From a virus (Duplodnaviria; Caudoviricetes): DNA of 64,000 nucleotides. Of this stretch, positions 44,019 to 52,756 are shown piece after piece (position 1 is the stretch's first letter; every line of letters begins with the position of its first letter). The DNA lies in IMG/VR virus record IMGVR_UViG_3300024246_000005, positions 4,398 to 68,397 of that record; one strand, 5' to 3'. Below the pieces are notes generated by a model. The model saw nothing but the letters and a program-made list of their open reading frames with translations, made no database searches and was not told the origin of the DNA. A program made the translations under genes and the position numbers.

Positions 44019-46259
44019 ATGACTAAATTCGCGTATTCGCAATTCCTGAAACAGAAACAAATTGTTCTGGAAGAGTCTGGAATGACTGTTGACAAAAAGA
44101 CTCTCAACCCAAAGCTATTTGAGTTTCAGGCCGACATAGTGGCATGGGCGCTTCGCAAAGGCCGCTCTGCAATCTTCTGCGACTGTGGTATGGGCAAGAC
44201 GGTTATGCAATTAGAGTTTGCTCTAAAGGTTCCTGGGAAGGTCTTAATCCTGGCACCTCTAGCGGTTGCGCAACAGACTGAGCGTGAAGGTGCCAAGTTT
44301 GGAATTGACGTGCTGTACTCTCGCCAGGCAGTAGACCGCAAAATTACCATCACCAACTACGAGATGTTGGAGCACTTCAATCCGTCCGATTACAACGGCA
44401 TAGTCCTAGACGAATCCAGCATCCTTAAATCTTTCGATGGCAAGTTCCGTACAGAGATTACCGAAGCGTTTTCAAAAACACCCTATCGGCTGGCATGTAC
44501 TGCGACCCCTGCACCGAACGATTACATGGAGCTTGGAAACCATTCGGAGTTTCTTGGGGCGCTGACGCGCACCGAGATGCTCTCGACGTTCTTCGTGCAT
44601 GACGGCGGGGATACCGCCAAATGGAGACTGAAACGCCACGCCGAACGGGATTTCTGGAAGTGGATATGCTCTTGGGCGGTAATGATGCGGAAGCCGTCCG
44701 ACTTGGGCTATTCCGACGAAGGTTTCATTCTTCCTCCGCTGCACTTTCATGATGTGACACTGGACGCGATTAAACCGACAGAAGGGATGCTGTTTGCCAT
44801 GCCAGCATCCACGTTGCAGGAACGGCGCAGCGCTAGGTCATCGAGTATCGAAGAACGGGCCGCAGAAGTGGCTCGCATTGTGGCGTCTAAGCCGAAAGAG
44901 CCGTGGCTGATCTGGTGCAACCTAAACTCCGAAAGCGATGCGGCTGTTTCTCTAATACCAGGAGCGGTCGAGATTCGCGGTAGTGATGAACGATCAGACA
45001 AAGAGGCGCGGATGCTGGCATTTTCTGCCGGCGAGATTCGGGTTCTGGTTACAAAACCAAGTATCTGCGGATGGGGAATGAATTGGCAGCATTGCCCCAA
45101 CGTGGCATTTTTTGGCCTGAGCGATTCCTATGAGCAATTTTACCAAGCAGTGCGACGTTGCTGGCGGTTCGGGCAAGAGAAACCCGTCCACTGCTACATC
45201 GTAACGAGTTCCAATGAAGGCGCTGTGACCGAGAATATCAAACGCAAAGAGAAAGACGCCGCGAGGATGGCCGAGGAAATGGTAAATAACATGCACGAAC
45301 TAAACCAGAAAGAAATCAAAGGGAACGACATCCGAAAGAACGGAGAATACAAAACCAAGACCGAAAAAGGGATCGGATGGGAAATGCGGCTTGGGGATTG
45401 CGTCGAGCAGATGCGCGGGATTAAATCCAACAGTCTGCATTACTCGATCTTCTCTCCACCGTTCGCTAGTCTCTACACGTACTCTGCCAGCGAGCGCGAC
45501 ATGGGGAATTGCCGCACGCACTCTGAGTTCTTTCACCACTTCAATTTTCTAGTGCTTGAGTTGCATCGGGCATTGATGCCAGGGCGACTGGTTAGCTTCC
45601 ATTGCATGAACCTTCCCACATCCAAAGAGCGGGACGGCGTGATCGGGATTACAGACTTTCGCGGCGAACTGATTCGCATGTTCCAGTCGGCGGGTTTTAT
45701 CTACCACTCCGAAGTGTGCATTTGGAAAGACCCTGTGACCGCAATGCAGCGCACGAAGGCGCTCGGGTTATTGCACAAGCAAATCAAGAAAGATTCCTGT
45801 ATGAGCCGGCAAGGGATACCGGATTACCTTGTGACCATGCGGAAGCGCGGCGACAACCCTGAGCGCGTAACCCACACCAATGAGACTTTCCCGGTATCGG
45901 TTTGGCAGCGGTATGCCTCGCCGGTCTGGATGGACATAAATCCAAGCGATACCCTACAGAAAGAATCGGCCCGCGAGAACGAAGATGAGCGCCACATCTG
46001 CCCATTGCAATTGCAGGTCATTCGTCGGGCGATGGAACTGTGGAGCAACCCCAAAGACCTCGTTCTTTCTCCATTCGCTGGAATCGGCAGTGAGGGATAC
46101 GTCGCGCTAGAAATGGGGCGCCGGTTCCTCGGGATGGAACTGAAAGAGAGTTACTTTAAGCAGGCGGTGGCAAATCTACGTGCTGCAAAGTCGCACGCTA
46201 CAGGACTGTTCGCGGGAGACATTGAGGAAGTATCCACGGTTCAGGTTGGCGATGACTGA
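44019..46259 (+). CDS. SF2 (SNF2-like) helicase fused to an N4/N6 DNA methyltransferase
   Basis: DCGMGKT, LDESS, QAVRRCWRFGQ; then FSPPF and VLSPFAGIGSEG (motif IV before motif I). Confidence 0.9.
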   Translation: MTKFAYSQFLKQKQIVLEESGMTVDKKTLNPKLFEFQADIVAWALRKGRSAIFCDCGMGKTVMQLEFALKVPGKVLILAPLAVAQQTEREGAKFGIDVLYSRQAVDRKITITNYEMLEHFNPSDYNGIVLDESSILKSFDGKFRTEITEAFSKTPYRLACTATPAPNDYMELGNHSEFLGALTRTEMLSTFFVHDGGDTAKWRLKRHAERDFWKWICSWAVMMRKPSDLGYSDEGFILPPLHFHDVTLDAIKPTEGMLFAMPASTLQERRSARSSSIEERAAEVARIVASKPKEPWLIWCNLNSESDAAVSLIPGAVEIRGSDERSDKEARMLAFSAGEIRVLVTKPSICGWGMNWQHCPNVAFFGLSDSYEQFYQAVRRCWRFGQEKPVHCYIVTSSNEGAVTENIKRKEKDAARMAEEMVNNMHELNQKEIKGNDIRKNGEYKTKTEKGIGWEMRLGDCVEQMRGIKSNSLHYSIFSPPFASLYTYSASERDMGNCRTHSEFFHHFNFLVLELHRALMPGRLVSFHCMNLPTSKERDGVIGITDFRGELIRMFQSAGFIYHSEVCIWKDPVTAMQRTKALGLLHKQIKKDSCMSRQGIPDYLVTMRKRGDNPERVTHTNETFPVSVWQRYASPVWMDINPSDTLQKESARENEDERHICPLQLQVIRRAMELWSNPKDLVLSPFAGIGSEGYVALEMGRRFLGMELKESYFKQAVANLRAAKSHATGLFAGDIEEVSTVQVGDD

Positions 46260-46878
46260 CCAAGACCGCGAATCTCTTTGGGAAATCTGCGTTAACGAGC
46301 ATCGCTACACGCCCAAAGTTGGCGACTCCGTTCTGGACATCGGCGCGCATCACGGCTGGTTTTCTCTCTACTGCGCGACGCGCGGCGCAACGGTGTCGGC
46401 TTACGAGCCGGATCCAGTAGCGTTTGAATACTTGGAGAGCCAGGTCCATGTTTCCCTAAAATGCGGAGGAACAATCATTACGCCACACAAAGCGGCCGTT
46501 TGGAGCGAAGAGGGGCAGAAGCTACTTTGGCAGCGACCAAACCACATCGCCAACTCCATGCTGCGACCTTCTGAATACTCGGTCTTGGTCAAGACAATAT
46601 CTCTCAAGCAAGCGCTGGCCGGAACAAAATGGGATTGCGTGAAATGCGATGCAGAGGGCGCGGAAGCGCAGATATTCCTAACGGCGAAACATGAAGAATT
46701 TGCGCTCATCGGCTTCCTCACAATAGAGCTGCACAGCGACGTTCTGACACTCGACCAAGACAATGCTTTGGTGCGGACATTCCGCGAGCATTTCGGCAAG
46801 GTAGATGCGGTGCCAGAATTGAAAGAAGGCTTTCCAACCGGACGGACGGCTAAGATGTTTTGCTGGGGGCGCGTATGA
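46252..46878 (+). CDS. FkbM-family SAM methyltransferase
   Basis: VLDIGAHHGWFS...SAYEP...VKCDAEGAE. Confidence 0.8.
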   Translation: MTDQDRESLWEICVNEHRYTPKVGDSVLDIGAHHGWFSLYCATRGATVSAYEPDPVAFEYLESQVHVSLKCGGTIITPHKAAVWSEEGQKLLWQRPNHIANSMLRPSEYSVLVKTISLKQALAGTKWDCVKCDAEGAEAQIFLTAKHEEFALIGFLTIELHSDVLTLDQDNALVRTFREHFGKVDAVPELKEGFPTGRTAKMFCWGRV

Positions 46879-47840
46879 AAGATGTCGTCGTTATCTGCAC
46901 ATACAAACGCAACGAGCTACTGTATTGCTGCCTCAAGAGAGTACGAGAAGCCGACGCGCAGGTTCCAATCCTTCTTTTCCCTGACCGTGGAACATGGAAA
47001 GACCGAGAGTTACAGTCCATTTCTACGAAGTTTTCAGCAGAGATCGTCCACGTTCCCGATCACGACCATTACGGCAATTCTTGGAACGCCGGAGAAGCAC
47101 TGCGCTACGTCTACCACGCCGGATTTGAGTTGGTTCACTATCTGGAAGACGATGCTTTTGTAAAACCGGATTTTTTCACATGGACGCGCCAGGGGCATGA
47201 GAATTTCAATGACATATTCTGTTCGGCGGGATGGGTGTTCAACCTCCATTCCCCGTTGGATTCAGGAGACTACTTCGTTCCGTGGCTCTATATCCCACAG
47301 TTTTCGATCAAGAGAGATAAACTGGCACTCATCTATGAGCATCTCGGGCCGAAGTATTACACCGAAATGCAGGGCTACATCGAAAAGCATTTCAAGGGGA
47401 ACGTCCTGAACAAGATGTATACGGACATCCTGCACTTTGAGATCGACGGCCTTATTCAGAGGATTATCTTTGAGGACAGGTCTCAGGTGTTATGGCCGTC
47501 AATCGCCAAAGTCGAGCATATGGGGTTCGGTGGGTACAATCGCGGCGGATACGAGCGGTACGAAGAGTTTTTCTCTGACTTTTCGGCAAACACACTGACC
47601 GCGCGCGTCGAGGCCATCGAGTCAGTTTTCGAGGATGTCCACTGGCGAGCGAATGTGTTTGGAAAATCCATCATTGAAAGAGAAATTGGCGCGGAGATAG
47701 TGAAGCGGGAGTTTGTCTACCGGATAGAGCTTCCTGGCGGCTGGACCTCTGAATACAAGTCGGACCTTAGAAGGGCTTTACTGCCGCGGCGTATAAATTC
47801 CGTAAATGTGCCTCACAATGCGGAGATTGTGTTAGCATAA
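46875..47840 (+). CDS. GT-A fold (GT2-like) glycosyltransferase
   Basis: VVICTYKRNELL...LVHYLEDDAFV. Confidence 0.7.
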   Translation: MKDVVVICTYKRNELLYCCLKRVREADAQVPILLFPDRGTWKDRELQSISTKFSAEIVHVPDHDHYGNSWNAGEALRYVYHAGFELVHYLEDDAFVKPDFFTWTRQGHENFNDIFCSAGWVFNLHSPLDSGDYFVPWLYIPQFSIKRDKLALIYEHLGPKYYTEMQGYIEKHFKGNVLNKMYTDILHFEIDGLIQRIIFEDRSQVLWPSIAKVEHMGFGGYNRGGYERYEEFFSDFSANTLTARVEAIESVFEDVHWRANVFGKSIIEREIGAEIVKREFVYRIELPGGWTSEYKSDLRRALLPRRINSVNVPHNAEIVLA

Positions 47841-47895
47841 CCCCAATCTCGGAAATCGGGCTGAGAGTGATTCTCCATTTAGGAGACAGTCCGAT

Positions 47896-48573
47896 ATGCC
47901 GCCATACAGTTCCAATCAAGGCAATAACACGCCTGTCGCTTTGCTCCAACCTGGGGTAAACGGCTATGCCTTTGGTTCTTTTCCTGCCAGTTCACCAGTT
48001 CTGCGCGGCTCCATTACTCGCGCTGGTGTCTCTTCAAACGTTGGCGTGATCGAGTTCCAACTCCTTGAGGGGAATGTCCCGTCGGTTGGAGATTTAATCA
48101 GTGTAAGCGGTGCGTCACCTTCATATCTGAACGTCACAAGCGTTCCCCTCGCCGTGGTTCTCGTTTCCGATCCATTGACCGGACTCTTCTTGGTTGACTT
48201 CGCGCTTGTCCATGCCGATGTTACGTTTGCGGCCGCTTCAGGGATGATCTCCATTGTTCCAGGTGAGGCAGGAGAGACTTTGGCGGCCGGTTCAAGCCAA
48301 GCCTTTGCTATCCCGGACGAAGCTGGATACAACGAAAACGGAAAGACAATTACCTGGAGCACGCGCTATCCATCGGCTCCGTCTGGCGTGACCATGACGC
48401 TGCAAGCTGCGATGGTGAACGAGGATAGCCAGTACGTCACCCTCGACACCAGCACCAATACCTCTGGTGAAATTCGTTCGCTGACACTGCGGCTTTATCG
48501 GTTCTTGCGTGTCACAGCATCCGGCATCTCTGGCGGAACGCTTCCAACGGCGGTTGTGCGACTCTCGATCTGA
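47896..48573 (+). CDS. Beta-rich virion-associated protein (putative)
   Basis: 225 aa; AGGAG RBS; C-terminal YRFLRV beta motif. Confidence 0.55.
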   Translation: MPPYSSNQGNNTPVALLQPGVNGYAFGSFPASSPVLRGSITRAGVSSNVGVIEFQLLEGNVPSVGDLISVSGASPSYLNVTSVPLAVVLVSDPLTGLFLVDFALVHADVTFAAASGMISIVPGEAGETLAAGSSQAFAIPDEAGYNENGKTITWSTRYPSAPSGVTMTLQAAMVNEDSQYVTLDTSTNTSGEIRSLTLRLYRFLRVTASGISGGTLPTAVVRLSI

Positions 48574-48575
48574 GG

Positions 48576-51182
48576 ATGACGATGAAACGAAAAATTCTGT
48601 TTTTGCTCCTGCTCTTGTGCGGGGCCATTCCTGCGTTTGGCCAGCATCGGATGCCCGTTGGAACGATGATGAGCGCCAGCGGGAAGACCATCTATTCGGA
48701 TTACTCAGCGCGAGAACTTTCCAAGCCGGAACCGCAAGCCATCTCCATCACGCAAGAAGTCGTCGTGGATTATCAGTGCGTGCCGAATCCCGGAAACCCG
48801 TCTTCTGGCAACGTGCGGCTTTACTGCGACTCTGGAACCGGCCAACTGACGTGCCTCACTTCTACAGGAGCATCTTGTCTTTCAGGCGGTAGCGGCGGAG
48901 CAAGTGTTTCAAGTGTTGGTCTTGCGGCTCCAACAGGGATTCAAGTTTCAGGGAGTCCGGTCACAACGTCCGGCACACTGAGTTGGGCCATGCCTTCGGG
49001 CTGGATTCTTGGAGACCTTTTAGCAGGGAATGGAAGTAATTCGGTGGCGCGAGTGGCTGCGCCTACGACGCCAGATGACGTAGGCCAAGTGTTCGTATCG
49101 ACGCCGCTTTCTGGTGTTGGACAGATAGGCGCATTTGCGCTTCCGGGCCTCCCCGGACGCGCAACTTCTTCGTGTCCCGATACCATTCTTTCAACCGACC
49201 GCAAACCGGCAACGATCGAATATCAAAATACGGCCGCGTGCGCCGTTACGGTTCCAGATCCCGCCAGCGCAGGGTTTACCTCCAATCCGGCTTTCATCAC
49301 GATTGCGGAAGGAACTGCGGCGGTCACGTTTACCGTGCAGACTTCGGCGGTCATGGAAGTTTGCAACGGTTCACTCTGTGATCCAGGACAATCTTCTCTT
49401 ACCCTTCTGCCAGGACAATCTGCTTCATGGTCATCGCCGACAACATCAAATTGGCTGGTGCGCGTCAGTGCCGTTGGAACGGCCGCGCTTCCCATTTTCA
49501 ATAACCAGTTAATTTCTGGCGGCGGCGTGGTCTGGACGGGTGGCCTAAATTTCACGGTCGGCGCCGCGGTCTACAGCATCGCCAGCACGCAATATTCTTC
49601 GCCGCAGACCAACGTCACTCTTGCCGCGGCCGACCCGACCAATCCTCGGATCGACGTGATCGCCGTGAACACTTCCGGTGCAGCGGTCGTCATTACCGGG
49701 ACGCCGGCTGGAAGCCCTTCGGCTCCTACGGTGGACCCGACCAGCCAACTCGCGCTGACTTTCGTGACGGTGGCTGCGAACGCTACGACTCCGACTCTCA
49801 GCAGCATTTTGGTGTACGACGAAAATTCCACGCCTCCGACCGAATGGACTTGCACGCCTTCCTCGAACTTTAACTGCAACTCGACCAACAATCCGTATCA
49901 CTCGACGCACGACATTGAGGCGACCACGGCAGTAGCGGGAAACAACGTGGTGTTGGTCAACAACGCGACGATCAACCCGTCCTCGTACACCACTTTCTCT
50001 TTCAATATTCGGAACAAGGCTTCGTGGCCGAACCAGAAATCCCTTTCGATTTGTTTCAAGAACGGCTCCACGACGGTAGGGGTCTGCCTCGGTTTCAAGA
50101 ATGGCGTGTTTGGATACAACCAGGCCAACATCACCGGATACCAGCAGATTGTCGTTCCGCTTTCGCAATTCCAGCTTGGCTCGACTTCCGTTGACCGTGT
50201 GAGTTTCACGGTCACAGGTGGCGGCGGCTCCATCGGCTTCTATCTGGACTACATGCAGATCCAGAGCGCGCTGAGTGGGGCGGGTTCGTCAGTTTTCCAA
50301 CTCCAAGTCAACGGAGCCAACACGCAGCCGACCGCAACGCTTACCGATAGCGCCAGCGTGACATTTTCTCAGTCAGTACAAAACGGAGTGAGTTCAATCA
50401 CGGCGACCGCTCTCGGCGCTCCACCGTCCGGTGCGGCTGGCGGCGATTTGCAGGGGTCCTATCCCAACCCGACCACAAAAAACATCTCGACCGCTACAAC
50501 GATGGCGGGAACCATCGTTTCGACCAACACGGCGGCACCAAGTTCGCCAGCATCAGGCAAAGATTCTATTTTCACGGACAGCACGGATCTGAGGCTGCAC
50601 GACAAAAACGCCAGCGGAATAATCGGAACAACGGTTGTGTCCGATACCGGCGCTTCCAATAATTTTCTGACCGCCATTGCATCCAATGGGGCCATCAGTA
50701 AAGCGCGGCCAACGTGCGCGAATCTTTCGGACTCCACCGCAAGCTGCTCTACCGACGCTACCAATGCTTCCAACATCAGCACCGGGTCACTGCCGGATGC
50801 GCGCATCTCCGCTAACGTCAGAACTCGCGGCTTGGCGTTCTCGATCGGCTCGCCCGGTGGCACGGCACTGACGGTTTCGGCGAACACCACCGACTATCTG
50901 ACCGTTCCGTTTGCCTGCACGATCAATGCCTACAACTTGACCATCGATAGCGGGACCATCACGGTGAAGTTTTGGAAGGTTGCGACGGGCACCGCAATTC
51001 CGACCAGCGGCAACTCGATCTCGACGAGCGGTGTCGGGATCGCCACCGGCACGGCGATTCACTCCACGACCACTTCCGATTTCACGACTACGACCGTCAC
51101 GGCCAACGACATCATGGCCATGAATGTGACCGCCGTATCGGGGGCAGCGTTTGTCAACGGGGTGCTCTCTTGCCAAGAGTGA
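48576..51182 (+). CDS. Tail-fibre-like mosaic protein with signal peptide and CBM-like module
   Basis: MKRKILFLLLLLCGAIPAFG|Q; AADPTNPRIDVIAV; GYQQIVVPLSQF...FYLDYMQI. Confidence 0.65.
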   Translation: MTMKRKILFLLLLLCGAIPAFGQHRMPVGTMMSASGKTIYSDYSARELSKPEPQAISITQEVVVDYQCVPNPGNPSSGNVRLYCDSGTGQLTCLTSTGASCLSGGSGGASVSSVGLAAPTGIQVSGSPVTTSGTLSWAMPSGWILGDLLAGNGSNSVARVAAPTTPDDVGQVFVSTPLSGVGQIGAFALPGLPGRATSSCPDTILSTDRKPATIEYQNTAACAVTVPDPASAGFTSNPAFITIAEGTAAVTFTVQTSAVMEVCNGSLCDPGQSSLTLLPGQSASWSSPTTSNWLVRVSAVGTAALPIFNNQLISGGGVVWTGGLNFTVGAAVYSIASTQYSSPQTNVTLAAADPTNPRIDVIAVNTSGAAVVITGTPAGSPSAPTVDPTSQLALTFVTVAANATTPTLSSILVYDENSTPPTEWTCTPSSNFNCNSTNNPYHSTHDIEATTAVAGNNVVLVNNATINPSSYTTFSFNIRNKASWPNQKSLSICFKNGSTTVGVCLGFKNGVFGYNQANITGYQQIVVPLSQFQLGSTSVDRVSFTVTGGGGSIGFYLDYMQIQSALSGAGSSVFQLQVNGANTQPTATLTDSASVTFSQSVQNGVSSITATALGAPPSGAAGGDLQGSYPNPTTKNISTATTMAGTIVSTNTAAPSSPASGKDSIFTDSTDLRLHDKNASGIIGTTVVSDTGASNNFLTAIASNGAISKARPTCANLSDSTASCSTDATNASNISTGSLPDARISANVRTRGLAFSIGSPGGTALTVSANTTDYLTVPFACTINAYNLTIDSGTITVKFWKVATGTAIPTSGNSISTSGVGIATGTAIHSTTTSDFTTTTVTANDIMAMNVTAVSGAAFVNGVLSCQE

Positions 51183-52756
51183 TCCGCGCTCTGCTTCTTT
51201 TTCTGGTGCTGCCATTTTCGGCGGCGGCTCAGTACTACTACGTTCCGGTCACGCAATCCACCGGGACTTCGGTAAACGCCTCCAGTGTAAGTTGCGTCTT
51301 CAGCCGGAACGTGACCAGTGGAAATATCCTGATCGTCAGCATGAATTGGTACAACACCACCAATACTCCAACGGTTTCGGATACGCTCGGCAACACCTGG
51401 ACGCAGAAGTACATCAATACAGTCCCGACCCAGCCCGTCGCGCTCTATACGGCCACGTCCTCCTCTTCCGGGGCCGATACAATCACGGTGGCTATCACGG
51501 GAGGCGGGTATATCAACTTGGCTTGTTCGGAGCACCCGCCGATTTTTTCACTCACGGTTGACGCATCGGCTTCCAGCGCATTTTCTGGCTCCCCTGGAAC
51601 CGTCACCACCAGCAGCATCACCACCACGAAAAAGAGCGATTTTATTTATTCGTGGATTGGCGGATTTCAGAACGGCGGCCGATTCGTAAACCAGACCAAC
51701 TCGACGCTGCTCTACTATTCCAGCGGGAATGACTGTGGCGCGGCTCAGTATCGGTTTTCCGGGGCGACCGGAAGCTACTCCGATAGTTTCACGAACAACA
51801 ATACCCAGGGCACCAGCGCCATCGTTGCTTTTCAGCCGCTCGGATTGACGATCGACAGCGCCACCGCGTTGCCGGACGCCGCACTTTCAAACTCTTACAG
51901 CTACACCGTTCCGGCCAATGGTGGCATTGCCTCGTACACTTGGAGCGTTAGCGCCGGCACGTTGCCAACTGGACTTTCGCTGAACTCAAGCACTGGAGCG
52001 ATCACCGGCACGCCCACGGTCAGCAACAACTACAGTTTTACGTTGCAAGTCACGGACGGCACTAGCACTACCACCAAAGCCGTGACGATCAAGGTTTGTA
52101 CCGGTTTCAACACGCCTGCGTTTGTTCAGTTTAAGGCGTTTACATCCGGCACTGCGGTAATGACCTCAAGCCCGACCGCGGGGAACCTTCTCGTAGTCTT
52201 TGGCGGCTACAACCTGCAACGTGGCGAGCATCAATACTGCACCGACACGCGGAACACGGTTTTTACGCCGCTCGTGGAGTACGGTTGGTACCAATCAGCG
52301 TTCGCAGGGAACCACATTTTTGCGGGCCTCGTCCCATCGACAGGTGCGGACACCGTAACCTGCACAGACGGCCAATATGTAGCGGAATTTTCCAATCTTC
52401 AACTCGCAGGAAACGATAACCTTTCTCAACTGTTGGCCAGCAGTGCGAGTCCGATCTCTTCGACCCTGACAACTTTGGTGCCCAACGAAGCCATTGTGTC
52501 ATGGGGAGAGACCTATACCGGGGCAGGGCAATTGACGGTCACCGGAGCCTTCACAGGAATTGCGAGCGCAGGCGCTCTTAGCTCGGACAACCCTTCTTAC
52601 GATCTTGCAACAACAGTTACCAGTTACACATCGAGCTACACGATGACCGCAAACACCGATGGCCATTGGTACATCAGCATGGCGGGATTCAGGCCAGCGG
52701 CAAATGGAACGGTGACGCCGCCACCAAGCGGTGCTAACCGCGGGAGAATTTTATGA
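51179..52756 (+). CDS. Exported Ser/Thr-rich protein with putative Ig (He_PIG-like) domain
   Basis: GTG at 51179: MIRALLLFLVLPFSAAA|Q; YTWSVSAGTLPTGLSLNSSTGAITGTPT. Confidence 0.75.
   Translation: MIRALLLFLVLPFSAAAQYYYVPVTQSTGTSVNASSVSCVFSRNVTSGNILIVSMNWYNTTNTPTVSDTLGNTWTQKYINTVPTQPVALYTATSSSSGADTITVAITGGGYINLACSEHPPIFSLTVDASASSAFSGSPGTVTTSSITTTKKSDFIYSWIGGFQNGGRFVNQTNSTLLYYSSGNDCGAAQYRFSGATGSYSDSFTNNNTQGTSAIVAFQPLGLTIDSATALPDAALSNSYSYTVPANGGIASYTWSVSAGTLPTGLSLNSSTGAITGTPTVSNNYSFTLQVTDGTSTTTKAVTIKVCTGFNTPAFVQFKAFTSGTAVMTSSPTAGNLLVVFGGYNLQRGEHQYCTDTRNTVFTPLVEYGWYQSAFAGNHIFAGLVPSTGADTVTCTDGQYVAEFSNLQLAGNDNLSQLLASSASPISSTLTTLVPNEAIVSWGETYTGAGQLTVTGAFTGIASAGALSSDNPSYDLATTVTSYTSSYTMTANTDGHWYISMAGFRPAANGTVTPPPSGANRGRIL

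Noticed and set aside
38945-46259. Restriction-modification or DISARM-like defence system
   Set aside because: The methyltransferases have no adjacent restriction nuclease or other DISARM components. The nearby HNH resembles free-standing mobile types.
37099-47840. O-antigen conversion (gtrABC-type) locus
   Set aside because: No multi-TM flippase or membrane transferase; all enzymes look soluble.
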